Source: an uncultured delta proteobacterium (lineage in GTDB: Bacteria; Desulfobacterota; Syntrophia; Syntrophales; UBA4778). Taken from it: 64,000 nt of DNA. The notes below the pieces were generated by a model. It ran no database searches. It was not told the DNA's origin and worked only from the letters and a program-made list of their open reading frames with translations. The stretch spans positions 6,584-70,583 of the forward strand of contig CAWASK010000013.1 of the NCBI GenBank assembly GCA_963784735.1. Direction: 5' to 3'. Of the stretch, positions 1 through 9,259 are shown piece after piece (position 1 is the stretch's first letter; each line of letters starts with the position of its first letter). Made by a program: the position numbers and the translations under genes.

Positions 1-83
1 ACAGATACGGCAGCCGGGAAAGCTGAGATCAGGCAACTTTTCCAAGTAAATCCACAACGCTCAGGCCAGTTCAGCTTTGCTTT

Positions 84-497
84 TCATTTTTTCTCCGAGT
101 CCAGGCAGCAGTCGGAGGCACGCACGACAATGGACGGCTTCATATCCGACCGGGACTTTACGGCCTGTTTTACAGACTCCACATCTTCGGCCTTAATTGG
201 AACCATGGCCTTTTCGATGCCCAGGTCGGCGACAATAATGTAAAGGTCGGGAGCGATGTTCTCCTGCTCCAATATGCCTTTGGCACACCCCACGCTGCAG
301 CCGTCAATTACGATCCTCATCTGAGCTTCCCTGGCAGCCCTCACATACCCCTTCTTATGTGCGCCGATAGCCGCCAGGCAAAAGGGCCTGCAATAACCCT
401 CCTCCACCAGTTCCAGGGCGGCCTGATTCGACAGCTGCCCGACATTGGCAGCTCCTGCGCAGGGGAGGATCAAGGGTTTCGTTTTTTCAAATGTCAC
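84..497 (-). CDS. DGC-domain protein (putative metal-binding, ars/thioredoxin-associated)
   Basis: 137-aa ORF with GTG start. VIDGCSVGC motif and Cys pattern are typical of DGC-domain proteins. Its start overlaps the stop of the upstream thioredoxin-like gene by 4 nt (GTGA). Confidence 0.6.
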   Translation of the reverse strand: MTFEKTKPLILPCAGAANVGQLSNQAALELVEEGYCRPFCLAAIGAHKKGYVRAAREAQMRIVIDGCSVGCAKGILEQENIAPDLYIIVADLGIEKAMVPIKAEDVESVKQAVKSRSDMKPSIVVRASDCCLDSEKK

Positions 498-731
498 TTA
501 TTTTCACCGAGGATCTTTTTCAGTCCGCAATACTGGGTATTTTGCCGGAGATTACGATTTTGCCGTCAACGATCACTGCGGGCGTCATCTTTACTCCTAA
601 CATTGCGAATTTTTTGATATCGTACACATGGTTCACTTCAGCTCTAGATCGAGCTCCGCACAGGCCTCGATGACATTTCTCTCGCAGGCAACACATCGCG
701 GGCATCCCGGTCCGCAAACTTGAATTTTCAT
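494..731 (-). CDS. thioredoxin-fold protein, TM0996/MTH895 (redox-active disulfide protein 2) type; two apparent frameshifts
   Basis: Hand translation gives MKIQVCGPGCPRCVACERNVIEACAELDLE, then in other frames AEVNHVYDIKKFAMLGVKMTPAVIVDGKIVISGKIPS and LKKILGENK. The CPxC motif and length fit the family. Confidence 0.6.
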
Positions 732-777
732 AAGGCTCATCTCCTTTCCTTTCAGGCTGCCCGGAGAAGCATTCCGT

Positions 778-1660
778 TCAAACAGAATCGCAAGTCATCT
801 CTTTGCCGGTATCAGCATGACAGATGCTTCTGAATTCTCGCACAACGTTGTGGCTGACACTTCCCAGAAAGAGTTCCTGAATGAAACCTCGCCCCTGGCT
901 CCCCATCACCACAAGACTTATATCCTGTTCCCGGATCATTCGCATGATTTCGGTATAGGGTGCACCATAAGCCAACTCGATATCGATAACCGGATTGCCT
1001 TTCTTACTTAAAGACTCCTTCATTGATTCCAGCCGTGAACGGTCAATTCTATTGAACTCCTCAAGGCGGTCCCTGAGATATGGCTCAATACGCGCCTTGT
1101 CCTGGACATGGAGCAGTGTTACATGTTTTGCGCCCTGACTGACAAAATCCTCGACATAACTGAAGGCCAGATCGGCATTTTCAGAAAAATCCGTCGGGTA
1201 TAATATGTGTTCTCCAAAGCCAGCAGACCGGATGCAAACATACTCATCATCTTTTTTCTGGACGGGCACGACAAGAGCGGGCTTGCGGGCACAGTAAATT
1301 ACATTATAAGCAATGCCTCCCAGAAATGTATCCCGCACTTTTGAATGGCTATGGCCGACCACGATCAGGGAGTAATCTTCCTTTTCGGCAATCCGATTGA
1401 CCTCCTGCTTCGCATTGCTGGACACAATCCTTGTTGTCACGGCGAAACCCTGCTTTTCCAGGATCTGTTTTTGCACATTCAGCATGCTCTTCAAGAGGGG
1501 CGGTCGTATAAGAGAGCGCTATGGAGGTCATTTCCTGATGGCTGAGGCATTGCAAAAGGAGACACTCGCTCGCGCCGAAAGCCTTTAAGACCCCGATGCA
1601 ATTCATTATAGCGAAAGATGCAGGTGATAAGTCAGTCGTGATTATAAACTTGTTTATCAT
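778..1660 (-). CDS. universal stress protein, tandem Usp domains; one apparent frameshift
   Basis: ORF pieces 1349..1660 (MINKFIITTDLSP...) and 778..1494 join. Motifs such as DYSLIVVGHSHS and ISLVVMGSQGRGFIQELFLGSVSHNVV are typical of UspA domains. Confidence 0.7.
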
Positions 1661-1765
1661 GATCTTTTCCCCCTTTCTTTTTGTCAGATTCTGAATACAC
1701 CCGTACTGGTCATGAATTTCAAGCTTTCACTGACAGATCTAACTCTATACATGTCGGGACTTGTA

Positions 1766-2852
1766 TTAATTATCTCTTATCGCCTTTGTTTCCGGCAAAA
1801 TTTCACAGTACCACTCCCGCGAGCGGTTGCAGACATTGCATACCGAAAGCATGACCGGCACTTCCACCAAAACACCGACAACACAGGCAAGAGCCGCCCC
1901 GGAACTCGGTCCGAATAGCGTAATGGCAACTGCAACGGCCAACTCAAAAAAATTGCTCGCGCCGATGAGGGCGCCCGGCGAAGCGACATTATGCTGCACT
2001 TTGAAGAGCCGCATGAGCATGTATGTAAGGCCGGAATTGAAATATACCTGGATCAGGATGGGAATGGCTATGAGGATGACGGCAAACCATTTGGTGGTGA
2101 GGTTCTCGGCCTGGAACGCGAAAATGAGCAGAAGCGTCAGGAGCAAGCGCTGCCACCGTCACCGGCTGGAACTTGGGAAGAAAACTGTTCTCGAACCATT
2201 CACTGCCGTATGCTTTCAGCAACGCTGTGCGGGTGAAAAAACCAGCCCCCAGAGGTATTACAATAAAGACCACAACAGAGGTGATCAGCACTTTGGAGGG
2301 CACGATAACATCGGCTACTCCGAGGAGGAACATGACTATGGGAGCGAATAAGACGAGCATAATGAGATCGTTCACGGCCACCTGCACCAGGGTGTAAGCC
2401 GGGTCGCCGTCAGTAAGATAGGACCAGACAAACACCATGGCCGTGCACGGCGCTGCCGCGAGGATAATAAGCCCGGCCGTGTAGTTCTTGGCCGTCTCCG
2501 GGTCGATCCAGGGTGAAAAAAGATGCTGAATAAATACCCAGGCCAGGAAGGCCATGCTGAAAGGCTTCACCAGCCAGTTGACGAAAAGCGTGACCAGCAG
2601 GCCCTTGGGTTTGCGCGCTATGCCGCTCAGGGAACCGAAGTCAATCTTCAGCATCATCGGGAAAATCATGAGCCAGATAAGGATGGCAATGGGCACGTTG
2701 ACCTGCGAGCCCTCGCCGAATTCCATTGCGCTCAAAGCGGCTGTGAAGCCGGGCAGGAATTTGCCCAATGCCACACCCACCACCATGCATATGAATACCC
2801 ATACCGTGAGATAGCGTTCGAATAAGTTAAGGCGTTTCTTCGTTTCCTTCAT
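1766..2852 (-). CDS. acr3: ACR3-family arsenite efflux transporter; one apparent frameshift near 2140
   Basis: Pieces 1989..2852 and 1766..2146 join into one polytopic protein. It has N-terminal LNLFERYLTVWVF and the conserved AAAPCTAMVFVW motif of ACR3. Confidence 0.85.
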
Positions 2853-2964
2853 GCACTCCGTCCTTCATCTCAATTTCAAAATGTTCAAATTCAAAAGACC
2901 AATATTTTGGAAAATGATTTCATTTTTTCCCCAAAGGCCCCTGCACAAGGGGCCAGCGGGCCGG

Positions 2965-3190
2965 TCAGGTATTTCCGGCCGCGGAGGCCTCTCCGAAACC
3001 GATAGTCACCTTTTCTCCTTCCACAATTACGGGAACACTGTATTGCTTTCCCGAATACGAAAGCATATTCAGAAAAATTTTTAACATCGGCATCTATATC
3101 GATAAACACCGCCTTGTCGCCATAGGCTTCCCGAGCCTTGGTGCAGTGTGGTCACCAGAGGTGCCGAAAATAATTATTTTTCTTGATCAT
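2965..3190 (-). CDS. glutaredoxin/thioredoxin-like small protein with in-frame UGA (putative selenocysteine) in a W-U-P-H-C redox motif; one apparent frameshift
   Basis: Hand translation from ATG at 3190 gives MIKKNNYFRHLW-TGA-PHCTKAREAYGDKAVFIDIDADVKNFSEYAFVF. After a 1-nt shift it continues GKQYSVPVIVEGEKVTIGFGEASAAGNT-stop. The TGA at 3152..3154 sits where the first Cys of CxxC is expected. Confidence 0.5.
3120..3141 (-). promoter_or_regulatory. candidate bacterial SECIS-like hairpin downstream of UGA 3152..3154
   Basis: Ten nt after the UGA the mRNA reads CCAAGGCUCGGGAAGCCUAUGG. This forms an 8-bp stem with one bulged A and a CGGGA loop. The spacing is compatible with bacterial SECIS elements. 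Confidence 0.3.
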
Positions 3191-3193
3191 TCA

Positions 3194-3440
3194 TTAATTA
3201 TCTTCCGAGAGGATTTTTTTAATCTGTTCGATATTCAGGACCCTGCCCACCGACTTTGCTTTGCCATCCACGGCAAGCAAGGGCGTCGCCATAACCCCGA
3301 ACTTGACCATTTCCCTGATGTCCTTGATTTTTTCGATTTCATAGTCGATTCCGAGTTCCTTTGCCGCTTTTTCGGCGTCTTCCATCAGTTTCGCGCATTT
3401 CGGGCATCCCGGCCCCAGGATCTGGAGCTTTCTTCTTCAT
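3194..3440 (-). CDS. thioredoxin-fold protein, TM0996/MTH895 type (second copy); frameshift at the start
   Basis: ORF 3194..3385 has VMATPLLAVDGKAKSVGRVLNIEQIKKIL. Upstream in another frame is LQILGPGCPKCAKLMEDAEKAAKELG. The ATG at 3440 is out of frame by 1 nt in an A-rich run. Confidence 0.6.
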
Positions 3441-3475
3441 TTTTGCCCCTTCTTTTTATAATTTTTTTCAACCCG

Positions 3476-4144
3476 CTATACGAACGGATTGATTATAAAA
3501 TAAATTCCCAGGCAGCCTATAACAGCACCTGCGCCCCGCCGGAACCATGCCCCGGCGCCCTGCCATACGCTGTTTTCCATGAGGTTGCGGACAGCCGCCG
3601 TGGAACTTCCCGCAACGACGATGGGCAGGCAATGGCCAAGGGCAAACAGAACAATGAACAATATTCCGAGCATCACTTGCTGTTGAATTGTTATAACCGC
3701 AAGAATGGGCGCAATGAAACCGAAAGTGCAGGAGCCTGAAAGCACCCCAAAACTCAACCCGATTGCAAAAGCGCCAAAGAATCCCTTGAAATTCAGTTTC
3801 TGCAGGGAGCCGCCGTAAAAAGAGCATTTTTCAACGCCCAGCATGCCCAGAGCGACCCAGATAAGCACCAGCCCGACCAATATCTGCCAGTAATTCCCGA
3901 TATCGCCCAGCATGCGGCCCAGCAGGGCGCAGATGATGCCGAGCACAGATATGGTGATGAAAAGCCCCAGGCTGAACAAGACGGAATAGCCTACCGCCTG
4001 TTTAGGTTTGACAACGGTTTCCTGCCCCCCCACATAAGCAATGATCAAAGGTATGGACGCCAGGTGACAGGGACTGAACAGGACACTGACAATTCCCCAT
4101 AAAAAACATCCCAGGGCGGCACATAGGCGGCGCCAGTCATCCAT
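3476..4144 (-). CDS. ccdA: cytochrome c biogenesis protein CcdA / DsbD-type thiol:disulfide transmembrane electron transporter
   Basis: 222-aa polytopic ORF with the two conserved Cys-containing segments (LFSPCHLASIPLI and SGSCTFGFIAPIL) typical of the DsbD/CcdA family. Confidence 0.8.
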   Translation of the reverse strand: MDDWRRLCAALGCFLWGIVSVLFSPCHLASIPLIIAYVGGQETVVKPKQAVGYSVLFSLGLFITISVLGIICALLGRMLGDIGNYWQILVGLVLIWVALGMLGVEKCSFYGGSLQKLNFKGFFGAFAIGLSFGVLSGSCTFGFIAPILAVITIQQQVMLGILFIVLFALGHCLPIVVAGSSTAAVRNLMENSVWQGAGAWFRRGAGAVIGCLGIYFIINPFV

Positions 4145-4196
4145 TCATTGACTGTTAAAAATATTTCTTCAAGCATTAGTCCTTTCCAATTACCGG

Positions 4197-4569
4197 CTAT
4201 TTGACTCCCATTTCGGAAAGCTGTTTGATTATGTCTTTTTCGCTCATGAAGCCCTCATGCCGGCGGACCTCCTCTCCTTTCTTATCAAAAAATATTTGTG
4301 TGGGGATCGCGCGGATGCCGAAGCGTTTGGCGGTGCGGAATCTTCCCACACGTCCATGAATATATTGCCGCTTTCCCTTTATAATCCTTTTCCAGCTTAA
4401 CCAGGATAGGGGCCATCATTTTGCACGGGATGCATTTCTTGGCGCCAAGGTCCACCATGGTGACCATGCCCTTCGCCGGGAGTGTTGTTGACTGCCCTTT
4501 CGAAGCCTGCGAATTCATGACCTGTGCAAACAAAAGAAATAAAGCGGCGAATATCACTATTTTCTTCAT
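4197..4569 (-). CDS. secreted thioredoxin-family protein; one apparent frameshift
   Basis: Signal-like N-terminus MKKIVIFAALFLLFAQV and active site KKCIPCKMMAP. The C-terminal part FGIRAIPTQIFFDKKGEEVRRHEGFMSEKDIIKQLSEMGVK is read in another frame. Confidence 0.7.
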
Positions 4570-4609
4570 AATAATCCTTAACTCCGGCGCAAATCGCGGA
4601 TATGCCCGC

Positions 4610-5353
4610 TCAGGGCACCAGGGTGAAAATCTTGTATGCAGTCATTAGTACAATCAAAATGCCAAAAAGCTGCCGTATACGCCTGCCCGGGACATAAAGG
4701 CTTGTTATTCTCGCGCCCAGGAATGATCCGAGGGCCCCCGCAATTATGAGGGGTATCATTAACTCCATTTCAAGCTGGGCCGTTCCCACGTGAGGGAGCA
4801 GCGCGGAAAAGGAAGGCGGCGTTATGGCAAGGGCATTCATCCCTGCCGCTTTCTTTGCTCAAACCCCACAATGATGAGGGTCGGCATGAGCAGAAAACCC
4901 GGGCCCCACGCCTAACAGGCCTGAAAGGATTGAAATCGGCACGGCAAGGATCAGGGCCGTCGAAAAGCCCTCTTTCCCGGGCCGTTCCTTAACCGGCCGG
5001 AAAAGCCTGTATGACAGATACAGAACAGAAGCAAGGTACAATAACCAGATCGTAAACTGGGGTATTACCTGGGCCAGCCATGCCCCAATCGGCGCGGATA
5101 CTGTGGTCACTGCGGCAAGGATAAAGGCCCTGCGCCATTCAACATAACCGCTGCGGGCAAAGCCCAAACGTTGCGAAGAGCCCTGTGATCCCGTTCAGGA
5201 TCAGGCTCAAGGGCTGCACCTGGTGGACAAGGTCCGGCAGAAATAACCCCAGGAACGGGACGGCCGCGAAAGCCACGCCCAGTCCAAGCATTCCCGAAGC
5301 CATGGCAAGTATAAAGAGGCCAGTCGCAATAATAGCAGAAGAAGAGGAGACAT
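4610..5353 (-). CDS. TauE/SafE family sulfite/anion exporter-like membrane protein; at least two apparent frameshifts
   Basis: Three collinear hydrophobic ORF pieces (5139..5453, 4859..5167, 4610..4840). GLLGVGPG- and LGSFLGARI-type segments are characteristic of TauE/SafE. The start is approximate. Confidence 0.6.
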
Positions 5354-5382
5354 CCTGAGCTACCTTCGTAATTAATCCTATT

Positions 5383-5826
5383 TCATTTTGCTTTAAGCAA
5401 TTCCCTGTCGGCGCCGTTTGCCCGCTCCACCACTTCCAATATGGAAGGGTCATTTTCCATCCAATACCTCAGATTGCCCAGGATGGCCGCGGCATAAGGG
5501 TTGTTACCCTGTTCAAGCCTGTAATTCACCCACAATCCTTCCTTTGCCGAAGCGACCAGGCCGGCTTCCTCCAGCTGTTTTAAATGCTTGGAGACCGTGG
5601 GCTGGGCGATTTTCAGGGCGTCCTGTATCTCACAAACGCACATCGGCCGGTCCTGAAGCATTTTCAGGATTTTTACCCTGTTCGGGTCGGAAAGCGCCTT
5701 GGCCACAGAATGAATTCTTTCAAAACCGCAGTCCTCCTTTATATTCCTATACGGCAATGCTGAAGAATCATAAAGAATGAGATTGTTCCTGTCAAATGAA
5801 ATAATATAGCATGACAAATTATACAT
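5383..5826 (-). CDS. ArsR/SmtB family transcriptional regulator (maximal ORF; true start probably internal, near 5706-5723)
   Basis: wHTH core LSDPNRVKILKMLQDRPMCVCEIQDALKIAQPTVSKHLKQLEEAGLV. An AAGGAGG sequence and repeated operator-like half-sites lie inside the first 30 codons of the maximal ORF. Confidence 0.8.
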   Translation of the reverse strand: MYNLSCYIISFDRNNLILYDSSALPYRNIKEDCGFERIHSVAKALSDPNRVKILKMLQDRPMCVCEIQDALKIAQPTVSKHLKQLEEAGLVASAKEGLWVNYRLEQGNNPYAAAILGNLRYWMENDPSILEVVERANGADRELLKAK

Positions 5827-5846
5827 ATATTCCTAAATAGGAATAT
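5827..5846. promoter_or_regulatory. perfect inverted repeat ATATTCCTA-AA-TAGGAATAT, candidate ArsR operator
   Basis: 9-bp arms read directly, located in the arsR/permease divergent region. A third copy of ATATTCCTA lies at 5741..5749. Confidence 0.4.
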
Positions 5847-5977
5847 GGAAATTCTTAAAATCTTGTGTTTAACGTAAATTTATGGCATAGGATACAGGAG
5901 ATTTTTAAGGTGAACTGTTTCATAAAAAGCTGATGTTTAATTCTAAGTATTCGATTCAGGGGTAATTAGGGGTAATT

Positions 5978-7441
5978 ATGGATATATCGCAGTACGTGCT
6001 GCATCTACTGCAAAGCGGATTGGGCAGCCTGGCGGCATACCTAGCGGCGCACGTGCTCCTGTGCCTGCTCCCCGCCTTCTTTATTGCCGGAGGAATCTCG
6101 GCCCTGGTGCCCAAGGAGGCGGTAACTAAATTTCTGGGACGCAATGCGCCAAAATACGTGGCTTACCCCACAGCCGCCCTCGCGGGCAGCACCCTTGCCG
6201 TCTGTTCCTGCACAATTGTCCCCCTGTTCGCCGGAATTTACATGAAAGGCGCCGGGTTGGGGCCTGCTATCACTTTCCTGTTTTTTGCCCCGGCAGGCAA
6301 TATTCTCGCCCTTGCTTACACTGGCGCTGTCCTGGGCGCCGAATTCACGGTGGCCCGGCTGATATTGTCGCTTGTGTTCGGCATCGGCATCGGCATGATC
6401 ATGAGCTTGATCTTCAGCAAATCAGACCAGGCCCATGCCGAGGCGACCGATGCTAGTTTTGTCGGTGAGGAGGGGCTCCGTTTCACCACCGTTTTCTTTC
6501 TTTTGATCATGGTTGCCCTGCTTATCTTCGGGACCCTGAAAGTATCTCTGCTGCTTGATGCTTTTGCCAGGTTCACCATCCCCCTGCCGGACGCGGACCA
6601 TTTCCAGGCGTTTTTAAACCGTGTTGTCCCTTTCGATGCGTCCAAGGGCGAAGAGGGGATAACCATCCAGGGTCTGATTCTTATCGGTTTTCTGATCCTC
6701 ATCGGAGCGACCGCGTTCAGGGGACTCGGCCGGGTCGATGAAGGTTACAATCGATGGACCTGGGTATCGCTCGGACTTACCGCCTTCACACTTATTATCG
6801 CTGCCATGCGGATGGAGGCGACTTCAAGCGGACTGGGCGTGGAACTTCCCGGAAAGATGTTCGGGATAATTATTGCCATGGGGGTCATATTTTACATGGC
6901 CCGCAGGTTCTTCGATCAATACGAGATTCAGCAGTGGCTCTGGGAGACATGGCGCTTCGTGAAAATGATCTTCCCCCTGCTCATTGTTGGTGTCTTTGCA
7001 GTCGGCGTTATCCGTCAGTTGATCCGCCCGGAATGGGTCCAGGCCGTCGCCGGGACAAATTCCATCGTCGGAAACCTGGTCGCAGTCGTATTCGGGGTTT
7101 TTATGTACTTTCCCACCCTCGTCGAAGTCCCTATCGCCAACATGTTCCTTTCGCTTGGCATGCACAAGGGGCCGCTTATCGCCTACCTGATGTCGGACCC
7201 CGAGTTGAGCCTGCAGAGCATTCTGATAACGTCTTCAATTATCGGCCGCGCCAGGACATTTGCTTACGTGATCTGGGTAGCCCTGTTCAGTGCCGCCTCA
7301 GGGCTCATTTATGGCGCCTGGGTCGATGGCGCGAGCGGGTTTATGCTTGGGGGATACTTGCTGCTGTTTATTATTACCCTGATCCTGGCGGTCTCCGGCA
7401 TCAACAGGCATCTGAATAAAAAACCAGCTGCGGCGTCGTGA
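5978..7441 (+). CDS. predicted permease (UPF0718 / ArsP-like family)
   Basis: 487-aa polytopic ORF. N-terminal LPAFFIAGGISALVPKE, then AVCSCTIVPLFAG with vicinal Cys and AITFLFFAPAGNILAL, as in ArsP-like permeases. Divergent from arsR. Confidence 0.75.
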   Translation: MDISQYVLHLLQSGLGSLAAYLAAHVLLCLLPAFFIAGGISALVPKEAVTKFLGRNAPKYVAYPTAALAGSTLAVCSCTIVPLFAGIYMKGAGLGPAITFLFFAPAGNILALAYTGAVLGAEFTVARLILSLVFGIGIGMIMSLIFSKSDQAHAEATDASFVGEEGLRFTTVFFLLIMVALLIFGTLKVSLLLDAFARFTIPLPDADHFQAFLNRVVPFDASKGEEGITIQGLILIGFLILIGATAFRGLGRVDEGYNRWTWVSLGLTAFTLIIAAMRMEATSSGLGVELPGKMFGIIIAMGVIFYMARRFFDQYEIQQWLWETWRFVKMIFPLLIVGVFAVGVIRQLIRPEWVQAVAGTNSIVGNLVAVVFGVFMYFPTLVEVPIANMFLSLGMHKGPLIAYLMSDPELSLQSILITSSIIGRARTFAYVIWVALFSAASGLIYGAWVDGASGFMLGGYLLLFIITLILAVSGINRHLNKKPAAAS

Positions 7442-7658
7442 TTTTTCTTATTTTTATATCGTGCTTTCATGATAATGCTTGAGAAAGACAGGAACACTTC
7501 CCGGATGAAGATCAGGGCGCTCGTCAAGCCTGATCAACGACCTGGTCAGGAGGCTCAACCAGATCGACCCTGCGGACTGGACGGAGGCGAGCGCTGTTTT
7601 TGTAATCAGGGGAGACAGATAGAAAAGTTTTAGAGGTGAAAAACGGGAGGGTTTCCCA

Positions 7659-8114
7659 ATGCCAGGAAAAGACAAAAAGCATTCCGCCCCGGACAGGGAG
7701 GAACTCAAAAAAAAGCTGACTCCCCTGCAGTACAATGTGACGCAGGAGCAAGGGACAGAGCCCCCTTTCCAGAACGAGTTCTGGGATAACAAGAGGGAAG
7801 GGATTTATGTGGATGTTGTTTCGGGCGAGCCTCTCTTCAGTTCGAAAGACAAGTTCGATTCCGGCTCAGGCTGGCCCAGCTTCACCAAGCCGCTGGAAAA
7901 AGCGAACATAGCCGAAAAGATCGACCGCAGCCATTTCATGGCGCGCACGGAAATCAGGAGCAGGCATGGCGATTCCCACCTCGGTCACGTCTTTCCCGAC
8001 GGCCCGAAACCGACCGGCCTGAGGTACTGCATGAATTCCGCGGCCTTGAGGTTCATCCCGAAGGAAGATTTGGAGAAAGAAGGTTACGGAGAGTACAAAA
8101 AGATCTTTGACTGA
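7659..8114 (+). CDS. msrB: peptide-methionine (R)-S-oxide reductase MsrB
   Basis: 151 aa with the SelR-domain motifs [28 protein letters not shown] and [21 protein letters not shown]. The catalytic residue is Cys, not Sec. Confidence 0.9.
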   Translation: MPGKDKKHSAPDREELKKKLTPLQYNVTQEQGTEPPFQNEFWDNKREGIYVDVVSGEPLFSSKDKFDSGSGWPSFTKPLEKANIAEKIDRSHFMARTEIRSRHGDSHLGHVFPDGPKPTGLRYCMNSAALRFIPKEDLEKEGYGEYKKIFD

Positions 8115-8158
8115 AGGAAACATTTAATATGAGGCCGCGCCGCGCGTCTTATGCGTCT

Positions 8159-8896
8159 TCAGCCCCGGATTCCATTAAGGGGCATTTTTTCCCTGTAGCC
8201 CGCTGCGAAAGTGACAACGCACATCGTCCTGTAGACCTTGTGCGGGCCGCAGGCCACACCGGCCACTCTGAATTTCGGGTTGAAGATCGTCTCCCTGTGC
8301 CCCCGGTCCGGCACGCCGTCGTCGATTATGAACCCCATTACCATTTGCCTGGCGCCCATCCCGGAGCCGTAGTAAATGTTCTCGCCCACCGTTTCCTGCC
8401 ATTTGCCGTGCCTGTCCACCCTGTCCCCCGGAGATGTACCATTGGCCGATATATGGCCGGTCCCGCCGGTCGCGCCCTGCTCTCTCACGTGGTCCCTTGC
8501 GCCGAGCGTCATACCCCCGGAAAATTTCAATGCGCCGAGCGGGTGCTGCAAGTCCATGAATTTCAGTGCCTCGTCCACGGCGGACACGCCCTCCCTGGTC
8601 TTGATGACCGTCCGCTTTTTTATATATAAATTGAACCCCCTGTATCTGTTTCTGAATTCCCTGAGGTACGATTTATATTTCTGCGGGTCGGTCCGGGCGA
8701 GGTTAACCTCCATGAGGATTTCCTGTTCCAGGCTGGAGAGTTTCTCACCCGCATCGGCGACAATCAGGTTCGGGGTAAAAAATAAAAGCGAGGCAAGAAG
8801 AGCCGGGATGATTATCACAGGCAGGGTATTCTTCGGCAATAGCATAAAGACAACTCCCGTATCCATTTCATGGATTCTAGTATCAACTTTCATCAA
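8159..8896 (-). CDS. CAP (SCP/PR1-like) domain-containing secreted protein
   Basis: 245-aa ORF with a hydrophobic N-terminus. The C-terminal GENIYYGSG...GFIIDDGVPDRGHRETIFNPKFRVAGVACG resembles the CAP domain signature. Confidence 0.7.
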   Translation of the reverse strand: MMKVDTRIHEMDTGVVFMLLPKNTLPVIIIPALLASLLFFTPNLIVADAGEKLSSLEQEILMEVNLARTDPQKYKSYLREFRNRYRGFNLYIKKRTVIKTREGVSAVDEALKFMDLQHPLGALKFSGGMTLGARDHVREQGATGGTGHISANGTSPGDRVDRHGKWQETVGENIYYGSGMGARQMVMGFIIDDGVPDRGHRETIFNPKFRVAGVACGPHKVYRTMCVVTFAAGYREKMPLNGIRG

Positions 8897-8956
8897 AAAA
8901 CAACTATTGACTCTATTTATTGCCGTTTTAAACTTAAGAGAAAGGAGGAATTCAAA

Positions 8957-9259
8957 ATGAAAACAGTTGAACTTACGTTTCCGGAACTTGGCATGATAGC
9001 GGCGACGCGCCTCATATGTGGGGCGGGCGCGGGATTGCTTCTTTCCGAAAGGCTCAGCCCCGATGAGAGAAAAGCCGTGGGGTGGACATTGTTCCTTATA
9101 GGAGCGCTGAGCACGGTCCCGCTCGCGGCAAACGTTTTCATGAAAAACAGGTGCACGAAAACGCAGCGGGAAATACTCTCACGAACGGCTGCCGGTACGC
9201 CAACCCTACGACGCGAGACACGAGATAAAGAGAAGAAAAATCTTGTAACAGGCGCTTGA
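8957..9259 (+). CDS. hypothetical small membrane protein
   Basis: ATG preceded by AAGGAGGAATTCAAA. 100 aa with two hydrophobic segments and no recognisable domain. Confidence 0.4.
   Translation: MKTVELTFPELGMIAATRLICGAGAGLLLSERLSPDERKAVGWTLFLIGALSTVPLAANVFMKNRCTKTQREILSRTAAGTPTLRRETRDKEKKNLVTGA

Noticed and set aside
1-83. A fragment downstream of the DGC-domain gene. An ATG overlapping its stop opens only an 8-codon ORF (MKSKAELA-stop), with longer reading in another frame.
   Set aside because: It is too short, it is truncated by the window edge, and it is probably affected by a frame error. No family could be recognised.
633-635. An in-frame TGA inside the first TM0996/MTH895-type thioredoxin-like gene, considered as a possible second selenocysteine codon.
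   Set aside because: Reading through the TGA gives unrelated sequence (TMCTISKNSQC-stop). The conserved continuation (AEVNHVYDIKKF...) is in another frame. The TGA is not at a redox-motif position. It is a frameshift artefact, not recoding.
2917-2967. The TGA that ends the Sec-containing glutaredoxin-like gene is followed by 15 more sense codons and a GC hairpin. I considered this as a C-terminal Sec or read-through extension.
   Set aside because: The hairpin GGCCCC-ttgtgca-GGGGCC (2936..2954) is followed by a U-tract, as in an intrinsic terminator. The extension (PARWPLVQGPLGKK) has no recognisable similarity. There is no positive evidence for recoding.
7505-7622. A short ORF upstream of msrB (MKIRALVK..., and with a 1-nt shift ..LINDLVRRLNQIDPADWTEASAVFVIRGDR).
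   Set aside because: It has no RBS, needs an assumed frameshift to give a protein-like sequence, and matches no family I recognise. It could be a gene remnant or chance. The evidence is not enough to call a feature.
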